A stretch of 64,000 nt of DNA from positions 328,166,001 through 328,230,000 of the forward strand of contig NW_027362763.1 of NCBI RefSeq assembly GCF_046119375.1, given 5' to 3'. This DNA comes from Phyllobates terribilis (lineage: Eukaryota). Made by a program: the position numbers and the translations under genes. The notes under the pieces are model-generated. The model searched no databases. It had not been told where the DNA came from and was given only the letters and a program-made list of their open reading frames with translations. Below are positions 38,590 to 51,510 of this stretch, in pieces (position 1 is the first letter of the stretch; each line of letters begins with the position of its first letter).

Positions 38590-40450
38590 AGGTAAGATAT
38601 GGCTTGCTGTATAACGTTACTAACAGAAGAAAGCTTTTTTTTTTAGCGTGGATGAGGCCTATATAACATACGAGGTATTCTCCAAACTATTTCAAACTGA
38701 ACAAAGTATTTTTTTACTGTTGATAAGGCCTGTATAACATACGAGATATTCTCCAAACTATTTCAAATTGAGATGTCCCTTGCTGTATAACGTTAGAAAC
38801 CGAACAATGTATTTTTTTTACTCTCAATGAGGCATGTATAACATACGAGATATTTTCCAAACTATTTTAAACTGAGATGTCCCCTGCTGTACCACGTTAG
38901 GAAATGAACAAAGTATTTTTTTTACTGTGGATGAGGAGTCACGCCGGCGGTCGGGAGACGTGGCTATGAACATGGACCAACACCTGACTTTGCAACTGGT
39001 AGGAAACCCTGGCTTTCCCTTATCCCGAAGGTATGACTAATGGTGGTGAGTTTTGAGCCTCAAGTGTATCCCTGACTCCTACTGAAACCCTGTCAGTGAA
39101 CGCCTCTCTCCTTGAGATGAAGGTAACAGACCGACGGAACAGGGGAACACACACAGGGAAAAATGAAAAGCAAGCTTCCCAAAAATACACATGCAGCAAC
39201 AAAAGTAAACACCGGGAAAGAGAAGGAAGGAAAACTAAATGGGACAGGATAGGAAAACACTCAGCCAAACAGCAAGCAGCAATCACAAGGAAAGCCTCCA
39301 ACTTCTTCAGATGACAGAGTCCTACTCCTCACACCAGGTTAGGCAGAATGAACTGAACACCAACATCAGCTGAAGGGGCATGAGATTATTTATAATGTGG
39401 AGCAAGAGACCACACCCACATCAGCAGAACAATCAACACATCAAGCTAGGCAAGGTAAACTGACATTAACCCTTGACAGCCCAAAGGGAAAAAACAGCAT
39501 TAAAACAGCAAAGAAGACAGGGCCGCCACTAATCATTTAATACTTTGTGACATGATGCCTGTATAACATACAAGATATTCTCCAAACTGTTTCAAACTGA
39601 GATGTCTCCTCTGTATCACGTTAGGAATAGAAGAAAGTATTATTTTACTGTGGATGAGACCTGTACAACATAGAATATATGCTCCAATATATTACAAACT
39701 CAGATCTAGCCTGCTGTATCATGTTAAGAACAGCAAAAAATAGATTTTTTTTTACTCTGCATAAGCTCTGCATACAGTTGAATTCCCCGCCACTAAAGGA
39801 CTAGGCGGCTTATGGCAGAATAGAACATGTTTGAAAGAGAAGAAATATTTTTTGTTCTATGGCTAGCAACAGAAAAAAACAATTTTTTGCTCTGAAAACA
39901 GCTGAAGCTCAACGACACTAAAATAGTAGTTGGCTTTTAGCAGAGTGTATCATGTTTGCGACAGATAAAAATACTTTTTGTAGTCTGGCAAGCAACAGAA
40001 AAAATAATAATTTTTACTCTGAAAACAGCTGAAATTCACTGCCACTAAAGTAGTAGCTGGCTTATAGCAGAGTGTATCACGTTTGTCACCCAAAAAATTA
40101 TTCTTTGGACTCTGCCTAGCAGGAGAAAAAAAAATATTTTTTTACTCTGAAAACAGCTGAAGTTCAACACCACTAAAATAGTAGGTGGCTTATAGCAAAG
40201 TGTATCCCCTTTGCGACACAAAAAAATATTTTGTGGACTCTGCCTAGCAAGACAAAAAATCTATTTTTAATCTGAAAACAGCTGAAGTTCAACGCACTAA
40301 TATAGTAGGTGGCTTATAGGAGAGGTTATCACATTAAATACATAAAAATATCTTTTCTGGACTCTGCCTAGCAACAGAAAAAATATATGTATTTTTTACT
40401 TTGCATACATCTGAATTTCACCCAACAAAAAATGTTAAAGTGGGCTACTA
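38590..40450. repeat. Family-B 5' subterminal tandem repeats (two unit types, ~110 and ~126 bp)
   Basis: Repeated GTATAACATACGAGATATTCTCCAAACT and CTGAAAACAGCTGAAGTTCAAC. Confidence 0.8.
38937..39552. mobile_element. Solo LTR of a second family (616 bp)
   Basis: (T>A)GTCACG...GTGACA with flanks TGAGG/TGATG (4 of 5). Removing it restores the repeat unit GTGGATGAGGCCTGTATAAC. Confidence 0.75.
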
Positions 40451-41010
40451 TAGCTTGCACTATCACATTAGCAAATGAAAAAAAAAGGTTTTTGTGCTCT
40501 GCACTGAGAAGCTCTGCAGAGTCTGCACACAGCTGAATTTCAACTCCACAAAATCAAAAGATGGGCTACAAGGGCTTGCTTGCTTTATCACATTAGCAAG
40601 TGCAAAAATAGATTGATCGGATACTCGTGCATACAGCACAATACAAGCAGTGCACAGCACAGTTCTATGCCATGGGCCCTGCTGTTTTTGTCAGAATCTC
40701 AGTAATTGCACAAGAAAACAAAAAATGTGCTGCAAGGTCGATTTCACAGGTACAAAGTAGAGGACTTATCTACACTATCTGACTTCCAAACAACCGCCGA
40801 GCTATCTAACTAATATCTCTCATTAACAGGAACAGGATGAAGGAGCAGAATCTATCATGAGTGACATGCATAAAATTGCACTGAGATAACATGGCCACTC
40901 TTTTTATAGAGAGGACATGTTATTTCAGCAGCCAATGGCAGAAGCCCTTGTGTTTGGACAGTGTGGATGCTTCCTGCGATCTGATTGGCTACACACACTT
41001 TCCTGACTTA

Positions 41011-41780
41011 GGCTATGTGCCCACGATGCAGAAATGCTCCGGATTTTTTCCTGAGCGTTTCTGCATCTCCCTTGCAGAAAAAACACATGCGGATTGTACA
41101 TGCGGATTGTACATGCGTTTTTCCTGCCACGGACAAGCGGATATGAAGCGTTCTTCACATGCATTTCCGCATGCGGGTTGAAAAAGTGCTTTCCAAGCGA
41201 TTTTAGCATCACTTGAAAAGTGCTTGACAACTTGATCACACTATATAAATCCATGCAAACGGCATGGATTCATATAATGTGACAGTAAAGAATGGTAAAA
41301 AATGAAAAAATAAATCTATACTTACCTTCTAATGGCCCCCAGAGTATTTATTCGATCCGTCCTGGCTTGCCGGCAGCTCACGGTACACTGAAGGACCTGC
41401 CGTCACATGACTAAATGACATCAGCGCAGGTCCTTCAGTCCACCGCAATCTACCGGCAAGTCAAGACAAGCACATCGGGGGCCATCAAAAGGTAAGTATA
41501 ATATTTATTTTTTATTTTATTCTTTTTTTCACAGGTTCTATGGTACCCGGGTCAGGAGGAGAGTCTTCTCTTCTCCAGACCCTGGTACCATCCGCACATT
41601 GAAACGAATGGAATGCGCATGTACAGATGCAGTGATGCGAATTCCATGCGTTCCAATGCAAAGTCAATGGCGGCGAAAACCAGTGCTGCGTGTTTTTCCG
41701 CAATGATAATCCGCAGCAGAAATTTCCGCAGCATGTGCACAGCACATGCGGATTATCATTGGGGAACATGGCAGGCCTTC
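41011..41780. mobile_element. Harbinger-type MITE, older copy; right end degenerate
   Basis: TTA + GGCTATGTGCCCACGATGCAG. The interior is homologous to 42158-42994. Confidence 0.7.
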
Positions 41781-42157
41781 TAACAAGAAGAACTTTTTTA
41801 AAGCTTTTCTGCAGTGGAATTGCCGCTGCGGAAACGCATAGAGACTACTAAAACTTGATATTTAGGTATAATTCCATATGAAATTTGTTTTTGTTATTTT
41901 GGGTAAATACCTTTAGCAAAGGGCATTGTTGCCTATAATACTTAAGGATCAATTATTACTTAAATGTATGTACATTTGAAAAGATTGAATCAAATTTGTG
42001 TTCAATTAAATTTTGGTAGAAATCAGAAGGTCCGGTTGAATTTGAATAATGTGCAATTCGATTCACGCAAATCTCCTTGAAATGGCATTCACCATTTTAT
42101 CATATTGTAGATTGAATCAGTCACAGATTGCTGCATGGACTTTTCCAACACCTCTTT

Positions 42158-42994
42158 GGCTATGTGCCCACGATGCAGAAATGAAGCAGAAAATTTCTGC
42201 AGCATTTCTGCATCTCCATGGCAGAAAAAACGCATGCAGATTGTGCATGCGTTTTTCCTGCAGAATACATGCGGAATACATGCAGATTCACATGCGTACC
42301 CACATGCGTTAACGCATGTGTTTCCGCATGTGGGCTGACAAGCACTTTCCAAGCGATAGCATCACTTGGAAAGTGCTTTACAACTAGGTCACACTGTATA
42401 AATCCATGCAACCAGCATGGATTTATATAGTGTGATCGTAAAAATAAAAAAATAAAGCTATACTTACCTCCGATGCCCCGCCATGTGTGCTGTCACGCTC
42501 ATCCTGGCTTCTTCCGGGTTGACGGCATATCGCGAGACAGCCTGCGGTCACATGACCGCGACGTCATCTCAGGTCCTGGAAGCTAAGCGCTGCAGGGGCC
42601 GCCGGACAGGTGAATATAAACTTTATTTTTTATTTTATTCTTTTTTTACAGGTACAATGGTACCCAGGTCTGGATGAGAGTCTTCTCTCCTCCAGAACTG
42701 AGTAACATCCGCACATTGAAACGCATATAATCCGCGTGTACAAATGTACAGACAAGGATTATATGCGTCTCAATGCAAGTCAATGGCGGCAATTCCGCTG
42801 CGCTTCTGCAAAATTAATGAACATGCTGCGGATTTATGAGCTCTGCAGAAATGCTGCGGAAAAGTCATGGGCATTGACATTGTGGAATGCCATTGGGGAC
42901 CATGGGGTGCAGATTACCATGCGTTTTTGATGCGTTTCCGCTGTGGAAATTCCGCAGCGGAAACGCATGAAAAACGCATCGTGGGCACGCAGCC
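42158..42994. mobile_element. Harbinger-type MITE (837 bp)
   Basis: TIR GGCTATGTGCCCACGATGC / GCATCGTGGGCACGCAGCC, with TTT on both sides. Confidence 0.85.
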
Positions 42995-43339
42995 TTTCTC
43001 TACCTCTCAACCCACTCTCGTATTCACGCTTACTGATCGCCTGCTAAGAATTAGGTAACACAGCTCCATATGTTCATTACACTCCATTCCACTCTAACAT
43101 TTTTCTTCCTGTTAATAGCTTCTCATCACTCTTTTCATCTGGGCCTGTTTCTCCCACTTATTGCTCCTCTTACAACTAGTTTTACATTACATAAAAAGTC
43201 TATCATTTTATGTGATAAGTATGGTGAACAAACATAAGATTCACATGTCCATAAGGACATGACTATCACACATGGTCAAACTCCAGACATGTGCCAGTCT
43301 TTCTCAGATAGCACTTCCATCTTTTTGAGGCCTCTTTAA

Positions 43340-43524
43340 GGCTGCGTGCCCACGATGCATTTTTCATGCGTTTCAGCTGCGGAATTTCCTGTGAATCCGC
43401 ATGTATTCCGCATGTATTCTGCAGGAAAAACGCATGCACAATCTGCATGCGTTTTTTCTGCCATGGAGATGCAGAAATGCTGCAGAAATTTTCTGCTTCA
43501 TTTCTGCATCATGGGCACATAGCC
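43340..43524. mobile_element. 185-bp internal-deletion derivative of the preceding MITE, inverted
   Basis: TAA TSD on both sides. The reverse complement matches 42158-~42290 joined to ~42945-42994. Confidence 0.9.
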
Positions 43525-43793
43525 TAACACATTACAACAAGCAGCCTACACTATTGGAAATCTCACACTGTTAGCCACATTATTTGAGCACAACTAAACT
43601 ACCTGTGATTTTCAGCAAAATGTATTCAATTTTTTGGAAAAATTTGCAGAACCTGGCAAATTCAATTTTCCAAAGGATTCAATCATCTCTAATTTCCAAA
43701 TATGTATTCTAATATCAACTGTATGAACTTTTTATTATCTTGCTTTAGCAGATTAGATTAGATTTTTTCTTAGTTATTTTGCTTTAGCCTTAA

Positions 43794-44012
43794 AGGGGTT
43801 CTCCACTTTCCCTTATTAATGCAGTTTACATCACAAACTGACCAGCACTTCTGTCCATAAAATGGCTGCTGGTGGAGAAGGATGTGACCAGACCTGTCCA
43901 TAAGTCTCCTCCAATAGGAAAAAACGCCTCACATGGGACATTTTATGGATGACAAAAGAACTGGCCAATTTGTTAAGAAAACTGCACTAATAAGAGAAAG
44001 TGATCATCCCCT
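43794..44012. mobile_element. T2/Kolobok-type MITE
   Basis: TTAA|AGGGG...CCCCT|TTAA. Confidence 0.75.
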
Positions 44013-44094
44013 TTAAAGAGTGACAACATTTTTACTTATTTATTTATTATTTTAATCTTGGAAATATACTTTTCAAAAAATGGAAAAGATTTAA

Positions 44095-44531
44095 AGAGTA
44101 TCTGTCAGCAGGTTTTCAGATTTTTGCTATGTAATCTGACAGTAGCATGAACTAAGGATAGAGACCCTGATTCCAGTGATGTATCACTTAGTTTACTGGA
44201 GCTGCAGTTATGATTAACAGTTTTCTCTGTTACAGATTTAGCAGAGCTCAGATGTTGAACTTTGTATAACTCCACCCACAACATTGATTTGTAGCTTTCT
44301 ATGTACATTGTCTAGTGACAGAAAGCTGCTAATCAGTGTTGGGGTGGGGTGGGGTTGGACTACCAGGCACAAGGCTTCTTGTCCTATAGTGATAATTTCC
44401 TGCAGATAAACCACTGAATATATTAAAACAGCAAAACACAGCCTAGTAAGTGTCACATCGCTGCTATCAGGGTCTCTTCCATTACATCATGGTGCTCTCA
44501 GATTAAAGTAAAAACTGCTGACAAATTCCCT
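44095..44531. mobile_element. T2/Kolobok-type MITE
   Basis: TTAA|AGAGTATCTGTCAGCAGG ... CTGCTGACAAATTCCCT|TTAC. Confidence 0.65.
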
Positions 44532-45944
44532 TTACATATCCTACTTTGCTGTCTTCTTTCAGAAACAGATATGGAATTGTGTAATAACTGCCTAGATCTA
44601 TAAGATCTGTGCACCATTTCGGCTGTATGGATCTACCAACTTTTAGCAGGGGAAGCACAATGTGCATGCTATGCCTCCCTACAGCCACATTGTGAGGATA
44701 CAGGAGGGGAGTCCTCACCACGTTCTCACTGTCACTGTACTGATGCTACAGTGACAGTGAGCGCAATGAGCAGACTCCTTTCCTGCTCTCACTGTGACTG
44801 CGATAAAGAAAGCAGATCACACTATGAGAATTCTCAAATCCCTCCTCCCTCGACCCCCTCCATAAGTGTGTCACTGATGCCACTCCAGCAAAGAGCTCTC
44901 TATGACTATGGTAACATTATAAAAGCAATGATAGTGTTTTACAGATTATGCACCTGCTCTTCTGTATTTTTGTAAATTTCATATCCAACATTATGACAAA
45001 TTATACAAAAGTAATAGAAAGTTACTCTCTAAAAGCCACCTGATCTTAATAAAATAATCTATATGACCAGATCATATGAATGTTTCAGAGATGATCTAGA
45101 TGAGAAAAATTGCTAATCATAATCCTAGTTGTTTATGACAGCAAAAAGGGTTATATAACTATTTTCATTTCTAGAATCATGGTAAATAGTGTTTATCTTA
45201 AAGGGGTTGTCCTACAATCAAAACTGCTGTTTCATTAACATCAAATGGAAAGTTTCTAGTGATGAGCGAGCACTAAAATGCTCGGGTACTCAATGCTCGG
45301 GTCGAACAAATTGGAATACTCGGGTGCTCGACCCAAGCAATGAGCCCAATGTAAGTCTATGGGAAACTCAAGCATTTTTCAGGTCGCTCCCCCCGGCGGT
45401 TTGCAGAGGGCCTAAAAATTGCCCAAATCCATGGGAACAGTGCTCAAATGACATGGGAACAGCATGGGGAAGACCCCTGGAAGCATCTCTGACTCCCAGA
45501 TCACTGCTGTCAACAACGTGGTCAGAGTATTACGCCACTTTTACGGACTCACAATAAAACATACAAAAACGAAACCAAAATGGATTTTCCTGGGAAATAT
45601 GTTAAAGAACATCCTTTCCAGGGTAATGACTTGTATATAAGGCAAAATAAATAGCCCAAGTTGTGGAGGAGTATTTTTGGTTTTGGTTATGTTCGCACGT
45701 ACGTAACGTTTTTGATGCATTTTTGCACTTTTGAATTGCTTTCAACCAAGACAAATGCATTCACCAGGAAATGTCATTTTAACATTTTACAACCTTATCT
45801 GGCCATGTGATGTGTGACACATCATCAGACACATACATACAGTGCTGAAATGACATGGGACCAGCATGGGGAAGACCTCTGGAAGCATCTCTGACTCCCA
45901 GGTCACTGCCTAAAAGTGTGCCCATCATAAGTGATCCTTGGCGC

Positions 45945-47110
45945 ATGCAAAGATGCCTCCCGAGCGTGCACCTGTCGTTGCAGACTTGCAACAATCACCG
46001 TCCACATCCTTGTCCCACTGCAGCGTTCAGTTGTCCCTACCCCATTCCTTGGAATGCAAGTGCAAGTATGATGCCAGCCACCCACCAACCCACCAACCCA
46101 CAGGCTGCAATACTATACTGACAAATTTTTGACAGCTGCTTGCACTTGAAATGTGGACTGTTAGGCTCGTGGAGGCGGAAGCTTTTCACAACCTCATGCT
46201 GACGGAGACCGGGTATCCATACTCGGTCCCCAGCCGCCACTATATTTCCCGGTATCGCCTCCGCCTTCCACAAGCACGGGTCCCACAACATTATCCATGC
46301 CTTACTCAGTGCACTTACTGGGAAGGACCACCTAACCACAAACACGTGGCCAGCAGAATGTTGCCAGGGACGGTACAGAGCCAGTCCACAAGTTTTTTTT
46401 CTAAGAGTTGTATTTAGCTCGGTGAAAGGACTGGCATAGAGGGAAAAAGTATGTACCCTGCGTGTCATTTCTCCCAGGAAGTCCTGTAATTGAGCTTGTT
46501 GCAGAAGCAATGGCAGCCCGTCCAACATCAACTCTCACTTGACGGTCTTGCTTTGACACACACACATCTTTCTTTGCGCTTTTAATTTCTTGAATACAGA
46601 GTTGGACAAAGGCCTGATCTGTAATGCGTTTTGAGAAATAACATGCATAAGCATGGCCAATCCACATTAAAAAAGCTGCCATAGAGTGTCCGGGAACCTT
46701 CCCCCACACTTTTCTTAGCCAGGGCTGCTTTTCGGCAGAGTTGGACAGGCCCACCAGAGAAACGTTGCTCCTCCGGCGGGCTCTGGCTTCTCCTTCAGGA
46801 GAGTTCATAGTGCCGAGGTGAGGCCATGATGATGATAGAGGCCACCATCTGCTTAGTTTTCTGTTACTTGGAATGCAAGTGCAAGTATGCAGCCAGCCAC
46901 CCACCCACCCACAGGCCACAACACTAAACTGTCAGATTTCTGGGCAGCTCTTTGCACTTAAAATATGGCCTTTTAAGCTTGTGGAGGTGGATGCTTTTCA
47001 CAACCTCATGCCGGCGGCGGCCGGGTGTCTATACTCGGTCCCCAGCAGCCACTATATTTCCCGATATTGCCTCCGCCTTCCACAAGCACAGGTCCCACAA
47101 CTTTACACGT
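45945..47110 (+). pseudogene. Two transposase CDS fragments antisense to element C (45945-46378, 46860-47110)
   Basis: Homologous to 7309-7735 (KCK..ASHP..LLALEM..PYSVPSRHY..LTTNTW). Element C's own transposase is on the minus strand. Confidence 0.8.
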
Positions 47111-47487
47111 GCCCTCCCCAGTTGTATTTAGCTCGGTGAAAGGACTGGCATAAAGGGAAACCATATCTACCCTGCGTGTCATTTTTCCCAGGAAGTCCTC
47201 TAAAGCTGCTTGCACTTGAAATGTGGCCTGAACATTACTGCTGGTACTTTTCTATGGGAATTTGCTTGCCTCCTACCAGCCTGGAATATTTCCAGCAAAC
47301 TATGGTACAATACCATGGTATTAGCACTGCCCCCAGGACCAGAAACGAAGCCATCACCAATTTCCTTCTCAGGAATTTTATTTGGTAGACTGAGTGGCTG
47401 CCCAAATACATTTTCTCACAAAGGAGCTGAAGATAGAGTGGCAGTAGGTGCAAGTTTCTCCAGCCTGTTAGATATTAGAGGGTGAAC

Positions 47488-47620
47488 GGCAGCACATTGG
47501 ATCTGTGGTTAGCACTGAAGCCTTGCAGCGCTGGGATCCTGGGTTCAATTCCCAGCAAGGACACCATCTGCAAGGACTTTGTATGTTCTCCCAGTGTTTG
47601 CATGTGTTTCCTCCTCAGTA
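47488..47620 (+). mobile_element. V-SINE 5' part
   Basis: Degenerate A box, B box GGTTCAATTCC, and CTGCAAGGACTTTGTATGTTCTCCC. Confidence 0.75.
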
Positions 47621-48559
47621 AAAAAGCAGCAATAGAGTGTCTGGGAACCTTCCCACACTTTTCTTAGCCAGGACTGCTTCTCGGCAGGTTTGGACGGTCC
47701 CACTAGAGAATCCTCTGGTGTGCCTTGGCTTCTACCTCAGGAGAGTTCAAGATAGCGCTAAATTTGCAGCTGCTATGGGGCTCTTGAGCGGGTGAGAAAG
47801 GTTAGCCATCAGAATCAAATCCTCTGGTGGGCACAATGTTTTTCAATCTGAAACAGCTTCTCAGTGGAAGTTGTATTTCACCACAGCCATATTCTTTAGC
47901 TCGGTGAAAGGACTGGCATAGAGGGAAACCGTATCTACCCCGGCTGTCATTTCTCCATCACCAGGTTCTGCCCATTGTCACACATGACCATGCCTGGCTG
48001 TATGTTCAGCGGTGAGAGCCACAGATCATGCTGCAGTGTTACAGCTTTCAACAACTCTGCAGCGCTGGGCGGTTTGTCAAGTAAGCATTAAGCAGGTTAT
48101 CTTCAGCACAGCCTGTTGCCGCTTGGCCATGGCAGTGCTGCAGTGCTGTCAGCTTGTGACTGATGTGGTCATTTCGGAGATGGAGGAGGAGGTGCATGAG
48201 CTGAACAATGTGATTACATTGAGGTTAAATTGGTGATGCTGTTTTTTACACTAAAGAAAGATCCTGTATATTTTTTTTAAGTTATTTTTTAAGACAAATG
48301 CATTCACTGGGAAATGTCATTTTAACATTTTACAACCTTATCTGGCAATGTGGTGTGTGACACATCAGACACATCCTTTTTTATTTATGATGAAGGGACA
48401 CTGAAAGTCATAAAGCCTACTTTTATATTGACATCAGATGGCCCTTACTATTCTTAAAAGGCCAGCAGTCGGCCCTAGCTATTCTTAGAGATTCATCAGC
48501 CGGCTATGCTTTTTTGTTCCCATTATTAACAAGTGGGTCTCCTATACTGTTATTGCATA

Positions 48560-49130
48560 TCCAGTGACTGCAAGGGCTGCTAAAAATTTTGACGCAACCC
48601 AATACCCCTTTGAAGAGACATAGAGGACGGTCTCGGTAAAAAAAATGTTCCCATTATAAAGGAGTGGTTCTCCTATAGTGGTAATGCCCATGCTGTGACT
48701 ACAAGGGCTGGCAAAATTTGGGAAATTCGCCACTAAGAATTTAAAGATACATAGAGCAGGGCCACAGTAACAAGTATGATATGTTCCCATTAGAAAGGAG
48801 AGGGTCTGCTATACAGTTATAGGGTATGCAGTGAGTCCAACGGCTGACCAATTTTAAGAATAACCCCACTAAGAATGTAAAGACACACAGAGCACTGCCA
48901 CAGTAACGGCAAATTCCCATTAGAAAGGAGAGAGTCTCCCATAGTGTTGGCCTATGCAGTGAATGCAAGGGCTGCCAAAAATTTGGAGGCACTTCAATGC
49001 CCCTTGGAAGAGATGTGGATGAGGGCCTCATAAAAAAATGTTCCCATTAGAAAGGAGCTGGCCTCCTATACTTGTAATGCCCATGCACTAAGTGTATGGG
49101 TGACAAACATTTACCCCTGGGGGGATATAA
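48560..49130. repeat. ~133-bp degenerate tandem repeat in the family-A 3' region
   Basis: ATGTTCCCATTA(G/T)AAAGGAG recurs near 48645, 48781, 48915 and 49039. Confidence 0.7.
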
Positions 49131-49346
49131 ATGAACACACTGTATAAAAAAAATTTTTTACGGGCATCATAAACACCTTTGGGTGTTGCATCACAGACCA
49201 TGGTCACCCTGGTGATATGGTGGTGGAGGATGAGGAGAAGGAGGAGGACAAGAGCAAATAGACAAAATCAGGAAGGGTATACCCATGTGTGGGTGTGAAA
49301 AGGTGCATGGGAATACACCTCCCAAGAAAAGACACTGGATTGGAGT

Positions 49347-50100
49347 TTATGTTACGCTGCTATCATTCGGTGGTGTTGAGGTTTCTGGCTCAATCCAGCC
49401 CTTGTTCATTTTTATAAGAGCATTTTCAATTAACAGGCGGATGCGCTTATCAGTTATAATTCTACCAGCGGCACTAAAAACCCTCTGTGACAAAACGCTG
49501 GCGGCAGAGCAGGCCAGGACCTCCAAGGCATAGAGAGCCAGTTCATTCCATGTATACAGCTTGGATACCCAATAATTATAAGGCACAGAGGAATCACGGA
49601 GGACGTTGGTACGGTCGGCAAGGTACTCCCTCAGCATCTTCCCAAACTTTGCACTCCTTGTGAGAGTACCCCGCGTCTCAGGGCCTGTGCGATGGGAAAG
49701 TCTCCCAGAACTTTGACAGTGTTCCCCTGCCTTTGCTGGATTGAAGTTGTGTCTCTCTTGCCTGTTCTCCTTGGTTGTCCAATGAAGTGTGCCCTCTGCC
49801 GACAGCGTTTACAGATGGGAATTTTTTTAATAGTTCCGCAACAAGGGCCTTCTGGTACTGCCCCAATTTTGTAAACCTGTCCGTCTCAGGAATAAGAGAT
49901 ATAAAGTTCTCCTTGTAGCGTGGGTCAAGAAGTGTCACCACTCAGTAATGACTGTCACCCAAAATTTTGAGAACGCGTCATGGGAAAGACAGCGTAACAT
50001 AAACTCAGCCATACGTGCCAGACTTCTAACAGGCAAGACTTCCGTGTCCTCACCAAGAGGATGACTGACCGTGGTCTCCTCCTCCTCCTCCTCCTCCTCC
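49347..50100 (-). pseudogene. C-terminal part of family-A hAT transposase including the hATC dimerisation domain
   Basis: TLLDPRYK and YWVSKLYTWNELALYALEVLACSAASVLSQRVFSAAG. Confidence 0.9.
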
Positions 50101-50339
50101 ATTCAAGAGAATGCCAAGAATGTGCAAAGCAGTCATCAAAGCAAAAGGTGGCTACTTTGAAGAACCTAGAATATAAGACATATTTTCAGTTGTTTCACCC
50201 TTTTTTGTTAACTATATAATTCCACATGTGTTAATTCATAGTTTTGATGCCTTCGTTGTGAATGTACAATTTTCATAGTCATGAAAATACAGAAAAATCT
50301 TTAAATGAGAAGTTGTGTCCAAACTTTTGGTCTGTACTG
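50101..50339 (+). mobile_element. 3' fragment of a different Tc1 element
   Basis: Encodes MPRMCKAVIKAKGGYFEEPRI*. Right TIR ...GTGTCCAAACTTTTGGTCTGTACTG followed by TA. Confidence 0.85.
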
Positions 50340-51239
50340 TATGTGATCCGTTTGACGGAGAAAACACAGTTTTAAATAGTTGGATTTCGAGCGCTCTAAT
50401 ATGGAAAGGATCTGGCTGTATTCTGCAGTGCCAACAAGCAAACCAAGCAACTGGCGCAGAAAAACGGTGTTCTCTGGATTGCTTTTTAAGCAAATAATGA
50501 GGATTAAGATCCAAAGAAAGGTATTCCTGGCCCCTGAGACCAGGGCCTTTGTATAGAAATATCTAACAGCAGCAGAAGGCAGAATTGGAATGGAGCCTCT
50601 TGTGCTATATGCACTGCAGTCTGCTATATACACCGCCTGCCTATACACCCTGTCTGATATATCTGCAGATGGATTAGTCCTCAGAAGGACTGTTTGTTAA
50701 GATGGATATGTGTAATGTATGGTTTTTCTCCCTAAACTACCTAATACACGATAAAATCTCTCCCTGACACAGCAGCAGCTCTCCCTACACTGTCTGATCC
50801 GGAGTAACTGTGACGAGCATGGCGACACCAGGTTTGATATAGACCTGATGACGCTGTACCTCCAGCCAATCACTGTAATGCCCACAACCAACATGGCTAC
50901 GGCATTACAGTGCATGGCAGGCAATCCCTGCATGTTCATTGGCTCTCTAAAGAGCACCAAACATGCAGGGAGGGGACCTGAGTTCCCGCCCGAGCAACCC
51001 CGAAATACTCGGCGAGCGCCAATCATCTCGAGCAGTGAGATGCTCGGCCAAGCACCGAGCAGTAGCGAGCATGCTCGCTCATCACTAAAAGTTACCATTT
51101 GTACAATTGGATGTATTTGTATCTGACCATGTAGAATTGCTTAAACTACTGTTCCGCACATGCTGTTTGCACTGATCTCACAGAAGGTGGAAAGATAAGT
51201 TAATATTCTTTACTAATGGAGCTAACACGGGCTATTACA

Positions 51240-51510
51240 TACTTCTTTTGTTACTTCTCCCTGCCCATTTCTTTCATCTAAGTAGCGATGGTATATGCTA
51301 TAGCACAGGAATTTTGAGTTTAACTCAATAAATCGCAAAAGTGCATGACAAGGAGCTCAGTACCTGGACATACTGTCTATGCAGTTTTTTCACTTTGCTT
51401 GGCCACTGAGCTTGTAGTATTGAAAATATGTGATTTATTGAGGTGAGCTCAAAATTCCTCTGCTATAGTAAATACCATCACTACGGAGATTAAAGTAAAT
51501 GACAGGGAGG
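51240..51510. mobile_element. Degenerate fold-back/MITE
   Basis: Imperfect inverted arms (ATGGTATATGCTATAGCACAGGAATTTTGAG / CTCAAAATTCCTCTGCTATAGTAAATACCAT). Confidence 0.5.

Larger units (their letters stand above)
27632..41010 (-). mobile_element. Large decayed family-B hAT element (B2) carrying several nested insertions
   Basis: TIR-like TAGAGATGAGCGAAT at 27632. Continuous reverse-complement homology to B1 and B3 once the insertions are removed. The 5' end was not resolved. Confidence 0.7.
45257..51087 (-). mobile_element. Complete internally deleted family-A hAT element C (5831 bp)
   Basis: 16-bp TIR TAGTGATGAGCGAGCA at both ends. 8-bp TSD AAAGTTTC/AAAGTTAC (7 of 8). Confidence 0.92.
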
